A stretch of 64,000 nucleotides of DNA, from positions 3,887,929 through 3,951,928 of the forward strand of contig OZ037769.1 in assembly GCA_964035545.1 (NCBI GenBank). The letters are read 5' to 3'. Source of the DNA: Bugula neritina (taxonomy: Eukaryota > Animalia > Bryozoa). The notes under the pieces were generated by a model, which searched no databases, was not told where the DNA came from, and saw nothing but the letters and a program-made list of their open reading frames with translations. Positions 24,901 to 35,700 of the stretch are shown one piece after another (the first letter of the stretch is position 1; each line of letters starts with the position of its first letter). The position numbers were made by a program, and so were the translations under genes.

Positions 24901-27900
24901 ACCTTCCCTTGGAGAAACTTCATATACACAGATATAGAAGACGTGTCTTGTAGCATGGCTAGACGAGGTCTGGTGTAACAGTGGTGAAGAGCCTGGGAAC
25001 CAGAGTCCTCTAACCAATATATCTCTTTTCTAAATAAAATCATTAATAAACCTATAGTAATGGAGATGGTTAAACATAGAAATACTCCGCAGCACACTCT
25101 TGTGAAACAATAGCAGATGTGAAGAATTTTATACTTGAAAATATTAAAACATTTTATCATCTCTTTTGTAGCTGGAATATAAGCCAACTTTTGTATGACC
25201 TTGAGCTGAACTTTAAAACTTCTATTATAGGTAACATATTTCCATAATATATGTGATAAAAATATTATATGCGATATGTATTTATATTATATATATGCAA
25301 TATATCTATATTATATGTAAGATATATTTATATTATATATAATATATATTTATATTATATGTAATATATATTTATATTATATATTTGCTATATATTTATA
25401 TTATACGTAATATATATCTACATAAAATGTTATATATATCTAGAACGGATGTAATATATATATCTATATTATACGTGACATATGCAAGTGCCAGATGGTG
25501 TATCCGAGGAAAACCTCGGAAAGACAGGTAAATGAATTACTGAAAACTTCTATTAAAGCAGTAAAAGTGAGAAAATCTTACATTTCTGACAAGATTTTTG
25601 CTAAACGTTATACCTTTTGTCTGCAGGTAGAATATCAAAAGCGAGACTATATTCATCATGTTGAGACAAGATTGCATAACCTTCACCTTTGACGACAGGA
25701 AGTGGATTTTGAGGGAAGAATACGGCCTGCATCCAGTGATCCCGCCACTGAAAGTATTATAGAAACTACACAATAATCACAGCCATGTCAAGGTCACTAC
25801 GTTCACTTATATTCATTGGGCTAAGTCCACTAAGATTATCCAATTAAAGCCAAATGCTATTATTTGAAACAAATTGTCTTGAGATGAAATTTGTCATCCC
25901 ACAAAACATATATAACTTTGTATTAGTTGTAAAATTACCAAGTTATGCGAATGTATAATAAATGTTTACACAGAGTGATAGACAGAAACCTGCAATTTAT
26001 CAGCGCAGTAAGGTTGGTGCCAAGCGGGAGCACAAGATAGCTGTATATCACCCTCCATGTCCATGTCTAAATCCCACCACATGAAGAAGGCGTGACAACT
26101 CCCGGATGTACTCGCAGTGAATAGGGTAACACTCTCATTCTCTATGGGCAGATCTTTTCTTCCGCAAAAGTCAAAACTGCGAAAAGTTGAAAGGTCAAGG
26201 TATTCTACCACCATTTGTACAAATAATAGCTAAGACTCCAGCATAGCGTAGATACGTTTAGCAGAATGAGACAGTACAGAAGTGTAAAAGTGAACTAGCC
26301 AGCTAGATAAGGATAAATTATATATTTTTTAAACCTTTTCCTCTTAAAAAATGTAGAGTACAATTTTAGAATTAAAGATATGCTACAGTGACCAAAATTT
26401 GTTGGGTCCAAAACTGTCTAATATAAAAAAAATCACCATTTGAGCTCTAAAAAAGGAGAAATCCATTCACAGACCTTTTTATTATCTGAATTTAGGAAAA
26501 AGTTGCAATACAAAAAAATAACTTGGTAGTCACATTACAGTGAAGGCCTATAGCGCTGTAATTAAAGTCAACAAAAGAAATGAAATATAGTTAGATACTT
26601 CACCATTATCCTACAATGTTGCTTCAGCACCATAGACCCGTACAGCATGTCAAAACTATACTTACGTGAACACAACTTTGGGAGGAGCTAGCGCATCGAA
26701 GAGATCGTTGCTGAGTTGAGACAATTGAAGATCAAAGAGTGGAGCTGCCAGCCCATTGTTAAATTGCTCAGCAGATGGGGGCGTGCCAATGTCGGCTAGC
26801 TCTTTGGGAAGAGAGATCTTTAAATGATTGCACGTGGAGAGGTATGATGATTGTACGGGTTGTATGTACATCCTGGATGCACTGGGCACGACAATACAGT
26901 CCGGCTAGAAGAGTCATAAAATACATCATTGTTTACATCATGTTAGTATATAGCCTAATTTAAATTTTTGATCTAAGACAACAGTCTATATACAGATAAG
27001 TATATAATCGAGTAAGTAAGATAATAAGTAAGATAATCGAGTTCAATTTTGGCTAAAATAAACAATTTTTTGCTGTGGTCTTATAGATGAAGGTCTTTTA
27101 AAAAATTATCATCATATTTTCATGTTTCAAAAAAATATATAAGCTAAATGATGGGTTATTATTTAAAGTGGAAAAATTCAGCATCACTTTGCCTAACCTC
27201 GAGTAAATGTTTCAAAGCGTGTCTGAAAGTGCTAATAGCACCTTCTCCAATGAGCTCTGTATCAAACACCTCTGTAACCAGTATGTTAGCTTTAACACTC
27301 ATATCTTCAGGTATTAAGACATCAGTGGACCTTTTGTGAATTAGTTTAATTTTCCCTGCCATTCCATTCACAGCAATTATCTTCTCCGCGCATACAGCAG
27401 CTGGCTCAAATGCCTGAAATAACAGAAAGTACAAAAACATAAACTTTCCATGAACCTACTACTAGCTAGAATTTTCAAAGTTTATAAAAACAAAGAATGT
27501 TACGATAATTGAATATTTTTTAGCAAAGCAAAAACACGTTTTAGTTAAGATTTTGAAGGTATTTCAACTTTGTCATGAAGTATGCATGTATTATTTTTAA
27601 TCGCCTCATACGCCTCACCTACTGTAGAGCACAAACATCACAACATAAACAGCTTACATCACAAGCATGAACTGTGTCAGCCCCATTCCGAACCGCCATC
27701 ATAGATAACAAGCCTGTTCCTGTACCGATGTCAAGGACATTACACGCTCTCCCTCTTTCTCTCATGCGTTTGATAGCTGCTATGATGCCAAACTCATACT
27801 TTTTATTCTGTGAAAAAAAGAATTTGAGTTTTTGTGTACGAGTGAACAGAACCACCAACCTTCATTTATTATTTGGATAAACAACTACTTGCTGTATATT

Positions 27901-28886
27901 CAAGCTTCATGTGACACAGATCAAATAACTATTTATGTAATTTCAATTTCACATTGATTTTATAGAAGTAAACTTCTGCAAATCTCTGTTTATACCAAGG
28001 TCATGGCTATGACTTTCGGTGACTAAATTCACTATGCTAAATCGTAGTGATTTTATCCTATACATACATATATGTATAATTTATAAATATATATAATATC
28101 TAAATATATACAACATCATAACATATTTCAGCACAATAACCATTGCTTACACAGCATGCGTTTACCTTTAATTGATATATTATGTCATTACTGGACTAGC
28201 TTAGCAATAGTGATACTATTTTGTTATTTGCTCATATTTAATAAGGAAACCATATGCAAAATACTAATAAAAGTTATTTAATTTTATAGCTGTCAAGTTG
28301 ATAACCTATTTAAATTATATTAGTTTTTGCTCCCATTTATTCCTCCTAGCCTTGCTTTTTTTGCAGTTCTGTCACGAATTTAAAAACCAGTTGTTAATTT
28401 TTCATTCCACTAAAATTAAAAAAATTAAATTGCCCCTACCCTCTCCGTATCATGTAGCATATCGGCATAAGCAGACCTGTCAAAAGAATAAAAAAATAAC
28501 ACGACATGACTCTATTTTCACGACGTTAGGGTAGCAGCAGTATTCAAACTTTATGACCAAAATGATGCTTAGCAAAATAACTTTATCTAGCACAATCGGA
28601 TTGCCATGCAAACTTTTACTTTTGAGAACATAAAGTTGGTGAAAGTTGTAAGCATCACCAACTCAGTTTGATTTGAGTGCAAATTTAAAAACAAAAACAC
28701 TGAAATAGTGACACATGTTCCCATTGACAATTTGTGTCACTAAGTTCAAAACAAATTTTGAGAAGAATGTAATCATCACTAAGTATTGTACCGTGCTATT
28801 TCCTGGCAATAGTCATAGTTTTCATCTTCAACTATCCAGTGTTGCTTGCCTGTAGTTGGGTTAACTTTTGACAATTTAAGGGCCAT
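21928..28886 (-). CDS. PRMT7: Protein arginine N-methyltransferase 7
   Basis: About 13 exons. Starts [32 protein letters not shown]|[12 protein letters not shown]; SAM motif [15 protein letters not shown]; double-E loop [15 protein letters not shown]; WRDHWMQ (exon ~25747-25614); second pseudo-domain LVGEPYF and [12 protein letters not shown]. The last exon (22046-21928) ends ELSFSLNS*. Confidence 0.96.
25255..25480. repeat. AT-rich ~22-bp intronic minisatellite (TATATATTTATATTATATGTAA-like)
   Basis: Visible tandem array in a PRMT7 intron. Confidence 0.8.
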
Positions 28887-29576
28887 GGCTAAGTCTTTAT
28901 ATTTCTTCTAGAATCAAATCAGTAAAATACTACATGTTTATGATGTCACAACAAATCCAGTTGGTATATACTTGTGATGGAAATGTAAGGTAAGTGAAAA
29001 AGTTGAATAATGCACATATGTATGCGTTCTATACACAAATCCTAAAAAAATAATATAATTTTAACTCATTAAGTTTCACACAAATACTTATACAAGATTA
29101 AGCAACAGAAACAGTATATAATACTAGTATTATGTTCTAAATAGTCATTGGATAGCTTTATTTAATATAATTATAACCATAAGTATAACTATTTCATTAT
29201 AATTTCAAATTAAAGTTTCAAGAGTTTAAGAACAAGTTTAAATCAATATGATAAGATTAGTCATATAGTATTACTATTAGTTATACTGATATTAATATTA
29301 CAATAGTAATACTAATAGTAATAGTAATACTAAGTTTAATGCCAAATATTAATAGGCAATACTGATCACTTGTTATTAATATTATTATACTTATACTTAT
29401 AGTTTAAGTCATACTTATACTTATAAGTTAGTCATTTACTGATAAGTGATTTAGTTTTACTCAGTCTATTAGTATTAGTATTACTCTGTCTGATAGTGAT
29501 ACTGTAGTAGTATGAGTCATACTACTACAGTATTTAGTATTTTAAACCACTCAAACGTCAAATTTTATGCAGTTAC

Positions 29577-30308
29577 AAAGCTATAACATCAGAAATGATA
29601 GTAATTGAACCAATAAATAAATAAATAATATTTGCCAAGAGTGGTAAATAATGTATTTTTATTGACTTCGAGTTGGACATTACATTCGAGAGCGTGTTGG
29701 TAGTTTCGCTTTGACCTTGAGCAGTTAAAAACGGAAAAATCTGACTTATTTGACGAAATTCGTAATTATGCCGTAAATTCAATATGCGTTTACAGGGTGC
29801 TAATGATAAACATTAGTTTCGGTTCATTTCCAAGCTCTTTGGAGCGAAAGTGACTCGGACGTTATGATTTTGCATCAAATCATTCTGGATCACGCGTTTC
29901 TATTGGATAAATCAGTGTTTAGCATTTAACCTTTCCTTAGTCCACGTGTGAATATAGGCAATTACATTTTACCTTTACTAATACTAATAGTAATACCATG
30001 TCTATTGCTATATTCTGATTCTTAGGCATGATTAGAACTTATAGCTATAGCTATTCTTATTCCTACCCTCAATTACTAAATTAGAATTTTAATTCGCTAT
30101 TACTACTAGTGCTTCAGCTTGTTACAAATTGAAACTGATAGTCATAGTGATATTAAATTATATTAGTCAGCGCGGTAGAACTGAGTCAGAGTTGAAGTCG
30201 CCCACGGTTAAACTAAAACAGTAATTGTAAACACTGCCTGATTCAGATTACCTAGCTTATCATTATGAGGATGTAGTTGTACATGTGAACATTAAAGTCA
30301 AAATCCAG
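29577..30308. promoter_or_regulatory. Putative bidirectional promoter and non-coding first exons, PRMT7 / PLA2G12
   Basis: Lies between divergent genes and is locally CpG-rich. Contains an inverted CCAAT (~29903) and CACGTG (29943). Candidate donors are at 29576 (-) and 30309 (+). Confidence 0.55.
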
Positions 30309-30859
30309 GTAAAAATCTTTTAAGTTTTAAGTGAATCAGTAAATTTATTAACCTTTTGGTCTAAATTTAGTTTTACTTGCAAGTATTACTATTACTATTA
30401 GTATTACTATAACTATTACTATTAGTATTAGTATTACTATTACTATTAGTATTAATATTAGTAATACTAATTGAGTATTAGACATACTCTTAGTTAAACT
30501 ACCTTCGATTTGAAGTTATTGGCAATTATTGCCATTACATTATCAGTTACACTAGGTTTAGCCATTAAATTTTTACAACACCAGCAGTAGCAAGTTTGTG
30601 CTTTATAGATGTTTCTTGATCTAATAATGAAGAACTGTAAGCCTCGTGCGTGACAATATGTATTCAAATTCTATCAATTGATATTTGATTGCTTGTATTT
30701 TATGTTTGTAAGTGAATTTGGATACCCTAATTATAAAGTATTGCTGCTTATTGCATGTCATTAATAATAAACATGATTTATTTTTTAGATGCACAAAAAT
30801 ATTTGACAAAGATATTATTGCTTTCTAGGTTTCCAAAAGTCAACTACCGTTTCAACAAA

Positions 30860-32141
30860 ATGGCAACTTTAGATAGAGTCATTATAGCCATGATGATTTT
30901 ATTTGCTTTTACTAAACAAACTTTAGGCAGTAGCAATACTGCTTCCTTCACTGGTTCTGTGCTTAAAGCTGTGGAGTCTACTATAGCAAACTTCTTATTC
31001 CAAGAAAATGCTGGCGTGGACAGCAGTTGTGATACTTACAAATGCCCTGATGGTAAGTAAACAGCAGCATACAAATGAATAATGTAGAAAGCACACCCAA
31101 TATTTTTATGTATTGCTCTATCTTCAAATGTTCCTAGATCAAATAAGACAAACTCATGTTACCATTGCATAATTTTCACATGACAGGTGTTTTAAAGTGA
31201 TATTAACAAGTCATTTTTCATAAGCTAAAAGTTCCAGTTTGTAATTGAGAGTTATCTGCTCTATAGCATAAAATCGATTATATCTTTCCTCCAGTTTCTC
31301 AGATGAATATTGCAGGTGGTATTTGTAGTTTGCTATTACATCATAATAATAATGTTAAGTTTTCTTGAGAGGTAACTTGAACCATTCAGCAAGATAGTAT
31401 GGTTTAAATGATTTTTTTTCAAAATAAACTTATGCAGTGGAAAAAGATATCTACACTATTATGTTTTATATTAACATTACTCTCTCAATGTTTTGCAGGG
31501 AAAATACGTGTTTCTAAGAAGGGACATAAGCCTACAGTGAATGGGTGTGGGTCATTCGGTGTAAAGGTAAGATGGTTTTCTTAATAGCAAGGGTACTGAA
31601 AAAATGTTGGATTATTGGTGCCGGTCATTTATTATTTACTCACATTGTTCCCTATCCAGGATTTGCTTGCTGTTTTAGACTTACTTGTAATTACAGATTG
31701 ATTTAAATGATCTTCCAGCTCTAGAATCATGCTGCAACAGCCATGACATTTGCTATGAGAGTTGCGGTAAAAGTCGATCAGAATGTGACCGAGTACTTCA
31801 ACAGTGTGCTAAACAAGTTTGTGTTGATACATCCAACAAAGTGCAGCTTTCAGGTGACCCTGTGTTAGAAGGTAAGATATCAAGAGTCTTGATATGGTAT
31901 AACAGGTTTACAGGCAGCAAAATATGTTAATAATAATAGAAATTTTGATGACGATGCTTATTGACTATAATGCTTGTAACTACGCATAATGAATTCTTTT
32001 AATATTGCAGCCTGTAAAACGCTAAGCAACATGATAATTGAAACAACCAATTTCTTAGGATGCACTCCTTTTGTTAAAGGCCAACAAGCAGCTTGTGAAT
32101 GTGTGAGTAAAAATAAGAGATCACACAAATCTGAGTTATGA
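30860..32141 (+). CDS. PLA2G12A: Group XII secretory phospholipase A2 (XIIA-like, catalytic His-Asp retained)
   Basis: Exons 30860-31052 (signal peptide..YKCPDG), 31499-31566 (KPTVNGCGSFG), 31698-31871 (CCNSHDICYESC) and 32011-32141 (LGCTPFVKGQQAACEC..KSEL*). Confidence 0.93.
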
Positions 32142-32521
32142 CACCACCCAGACTACATGCTTATAAATAAGTTTATTTGCACCAAAGATTTAGATGTTAT
32201 ACACAATTATATTTATATTGTATTTTCATAACTAGTTTCTTTTACAAGTTTATTTAAACAGTTGCTAAGTTATATTTTGTGAAGGCCATCAACTTACAAT
32301 CTATTGTCATTTCAAGATTTATATGTCTAATTGCATTATTCTATGCATTAAAGTATATTCCAATTTATTTTGATATATGTAGTTAAGGCCAAATTCTAAT
32401 ATATCAAGCCTGTAAAAATTAAGTACTTCCAATTAGAGATTGTATAAAATTGTTTTATAAAAACTTTTACAACACAATAAAAAGTTAATATAATTCACAA
32501 AACTGAATGAAATGAAACAAT

Positions 32522-33859
32522 TTAAAGCTCCTGTCGTTCCCAGTCTAAATCCAGTCTTTTACCATTCTTATCCCAGAGCTGTATTACTTCGTTTAATTCA
32601 TCATCCGGCCATTCACCATTAGGCTTCACATTAAAAGGCGATGTCTTCCAGTCCCAATTTTTCACAGGAGTAAACCAATTGGGCCCATAATTGGCTTTTA
32701 TATATAATTCTGTATCACAGGGTACTCGAATCTTGATGCCCTCAAGCTCACTCCAGCAAAGGGTGAATATGTCAAAACTGTATTTAAATTTTTCTCCACT
32801 GTTGTAATCTGTCCCACCATTCCACACCTTTCCTGTCAATTTATCCTCATAAAAGAAAAAAATGTCAAGTTTTAATTTTCCCATGTCAAATGTGTACTGC
32901 AAACTATCAGAGATTTTTCCAAATTTATGATCTAGTCCTAAAGATGATGCCTTCAACTTCTCCAAGAGTCCATCACCGTGATCTTTAATAAACACACCAA
33001 TATCAACATCTACAGTGTATGGTATGATATCACATTGCCTGAACCAACCCAATAACGTACCACTACTTAACCAAAATGGTACACCAAATTTGTCTAACCG
33101 TGATTTGATTAAATTTATTGCTTTTAGGGCATTCTCTTTAAATTCAGTAGCATTTTTACTGGTGTCCTTGGGATGAAGTTGAAAAAATTTATTAGCCCTT
33201 GAAATATTGCAAGGGATATAAACTGACTGTTCGTAGTCATAAACAAACTTCTTAGGATAATGTGGCAAATACAATTCTAGTCCATCGATAGGAGCTTTAA
33301 AATCATATTCAAATTCATCTAATGCACCCTCATGATTGGTGAACTCCATGTGATGGCGGCTGGTATGATCAGATCCATACCAGTACCATTGATACCTTTG
33401 ATGGAAAATCACAATATGTAAAGCATGATTATCATGCGCCCGTAAATGAATATGTGTTGGAATATCTGAAGCAATCCTTTCACTATAGGTAACCTCAATG
33501 TCATAGCCTGAAGATTTTAATTTAGGAAGTACACCAAACTTGAGATCGTCAAAGTCAACACTTCGGATAGCAAACGTATAAACATGGTTTTTGCACAATA
33601 ACCTGCAGGGACTATGAGCTTCTTCAAATGTCTCTTCCACTAACTTTCTAAGAATATATGGGTCAACTAATATACAATGAACATCTGCTTCATCACAATG
33701 TAAAACAAATTCTTTTATCATGTTGAATGCACTAGACTGCTTTCTAATTTTTTGGATTGGATGAAGTTTTGGAGCACAATAGAAGAGGTATGTCTGAATG
33801 ATGATGAAAATAATCACCAAGCTGCCAAAAGTGCCTGTAACAGTTGATCTGCTCACCAT
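32522..33859 (-). CDS. FKTN: Fukutin (ribitol-5-phosphate transferase, LicD family), single coding exon, 445 aa
   Basis: N-terminal type II anchor; VPFWLSSGTLLGWFRQCDIIPYTVDVDIG (LicD motif with DxD), HKFGKISDSLQ, KLDIFFFYE, WNGGT, YIKANYG and WDWKTSPFNVKPNGEWP are fukutin hallmarks. Confidence 0.95.
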   Translation of the reverse strand: MVSRSTVTGTFGSLVIIFIIIQTYLFYCAPKLHPIQKIRKQSSAFNMIKEFVLHCDEADVHCILVDPYILRKLVEETFEEAHSPCRLLCKNHVYTFAIRSVDFDDLKFGVLPKLKSSGYDIEVTYSERIASDIPTHIHLRAHDNHALHIVIFHQRYQWYWYGSDHTSRHHMEFTNHEGALDEFEYDFKAPIDGLELYLPHYPKKFVYDYEQSVYIPCNISRANKFFQLHPKDTSKNATEFKENALKAINLIKSRLDKFGVPFWLSSGTLLGWFRQCDIIPYTVDVDIGVFIKDHGDGLLEKLKASSLGLDHKFGKISDSLQYTFDMGKLKLDIFFFYEDKLTGKVWNGGTDYNSGEKFKYSFDIFTLCWSELEGIKIRVPCDTELYIKANYGPNWFTPVKNWDWKTSPFNVKPNGEWPDDELNEVIQLWDKNGKRLDLDWERQEL

Positions 33860-34609
33860 CTTTGCATCTCCTGAACACTCCTGAAAATATCATCATAAGT
33901 CAGAATAATAAACACAGAAAAATCAGATAAGAATAAAATATGTTTTGTAGCTTTATTATAAGCCCTTGAATTATTTCAAAATTGATATGCATTATAGATT
34001 AAAGCCTCTAAACTATCGTTGTTTCTTTGACTGGCACAATTGAAACACATCTAAAATTATCACAGTGACTGGAAGTTGAAAATCTGTATTACGATCAATT
34101 CAAATTAAAAGTATGATTTGCTACATGAGAAACATTATTTAGCTTGGCAGTATGACAGTATTAAGTTTCAATAGTGTTGGAGACTGGTAGTTATAAGCAT
34201 ATAATCATAACAGCAAATCCTTGTAGATACCTATACTAAGGCTGGGCCTAATGTCTACAGTCTTCTGCCATGGTGAGTTTCCAGTTTGATGTTGAGGCAG
34301 GTAAGAAAATGATAGCCTGCACTCACGCCACAATAATAGTTTAACAATCATTAGAACTTCCAAATAACTATATAGATGGTAATGCTAACTAATAGTAATA
34401 ATAATTAAATTTCGATTTGATTAAAATAATTCCAATTGTGAGCTGCCCAAATACTCATTTTTCCTTCACTGCTTAGCTACTATTACTAATAGTATCATCA
34501 TGATAACAAAAATTTATTATAAGTAATAGTATAACTATAAGTATTAATATAACATTAAAATTACATTAACTATAGAGTTCATCTCATCTCATCTCATCTA
34601 ATTAATCTC

Positions 34610-35700
34610 ACTCGGAGCGCTTTGGCTCCTTTATCGAGATGCAGTGGTGTATGAACAATTGTTTAAATTATCAGTAGTAAGGAAGAAAACCATTTTGTCT
34701 ACGAGATAAGAATATAGTTAATTATGCTTTGATTCAAAGCTCAATAGCTAGCTACTGCCAGGAGAGAAAAAAAGGAAAAAAAAAAAAGTTAATAAATAAA
34801 TATACAACGGTCAAGGTTGAACTAATAAGTAAATGTAATTAGTAATAAATAAGGTCAAGCATCAGTAAGAGTATGGTGGAGTATGAGCACACTGATACTC
34901 ATACTGATACTAATAGTAATACTAAGTAATAGCATTGTTATTACTACTGGTACTAGTAATACTAATAGTAATACGCATCGTTATAGTCGATGCCATACTG
35001 ATACTCATGAGTCATGAGTGATGAGTCATACTGATACTCATGGTCATAGTCTAAAACTCTAAGTCCAAGAGCAAGTCATACTCATAATCATTGCCATCAT
35101 GATAGTCATACTGAATCTTATAGTTATACAAAATGAAAACGTTACACTTGGTATTACTATTAGTATTACTATTAGTATTAGTATAAGTATTAGTATTACT
35201 CTTAAAATTTGAGTTAGGCTACTAATAACTGATAAGATTAAGCCTAAAGAGTAAGAGCTAAGTTTACCTTTAGGATAGGCCTAAAAACTAAAAGTATAAG
35301 TTAAAATAAAACTACAACTAGAGAGTAAAACTAAAAGACAAACTGAAACTCAAAGTCTGAATCAAAATGAAAATCAAAATGCCTTACTTTAGCCCTTACT
35401 CTTACTCTTAGTCTTAGCTATTTTCGTTTAATTTTTGCTAATCTATAAAGAGGTACCCTTATAACTTACTATAATAATAAATATATAATTTTAATCATTA
35501 TATCTACTTCTAGTGTGCACAAATTAGACAATTTCAAATTTCGAGGGTGACTGTTTGATTTGAAGTTCAATATCATTATGATTTGATTGTAATCACTGTG
35601 GAAAGGGAACCATTTGAGGTGTCGAAGCAAACCCCGTTGCACGATTGGGCGAGGTGCTAACAGGTCATTGCACTAGGTAGGTAAAAAGCATTTTGTCCTT
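34610..35700. promoter_or_regulatory. Putative divergent promoter region and non-coding first exons, FKTN / OXR1
   Basis: Lies between divergent genes with CpG-containing patches (34610-34640, 35620-35730). Candidate donors near 34611 (-) and 35677 (+). Confidence 0.45.

Noticed and set aside
21928-28886. Non-canonical or U12 introns, or in-frame Sec codons
   Set aside because: All junctions I traced in this and the other genes fit GT-AG with open frames.
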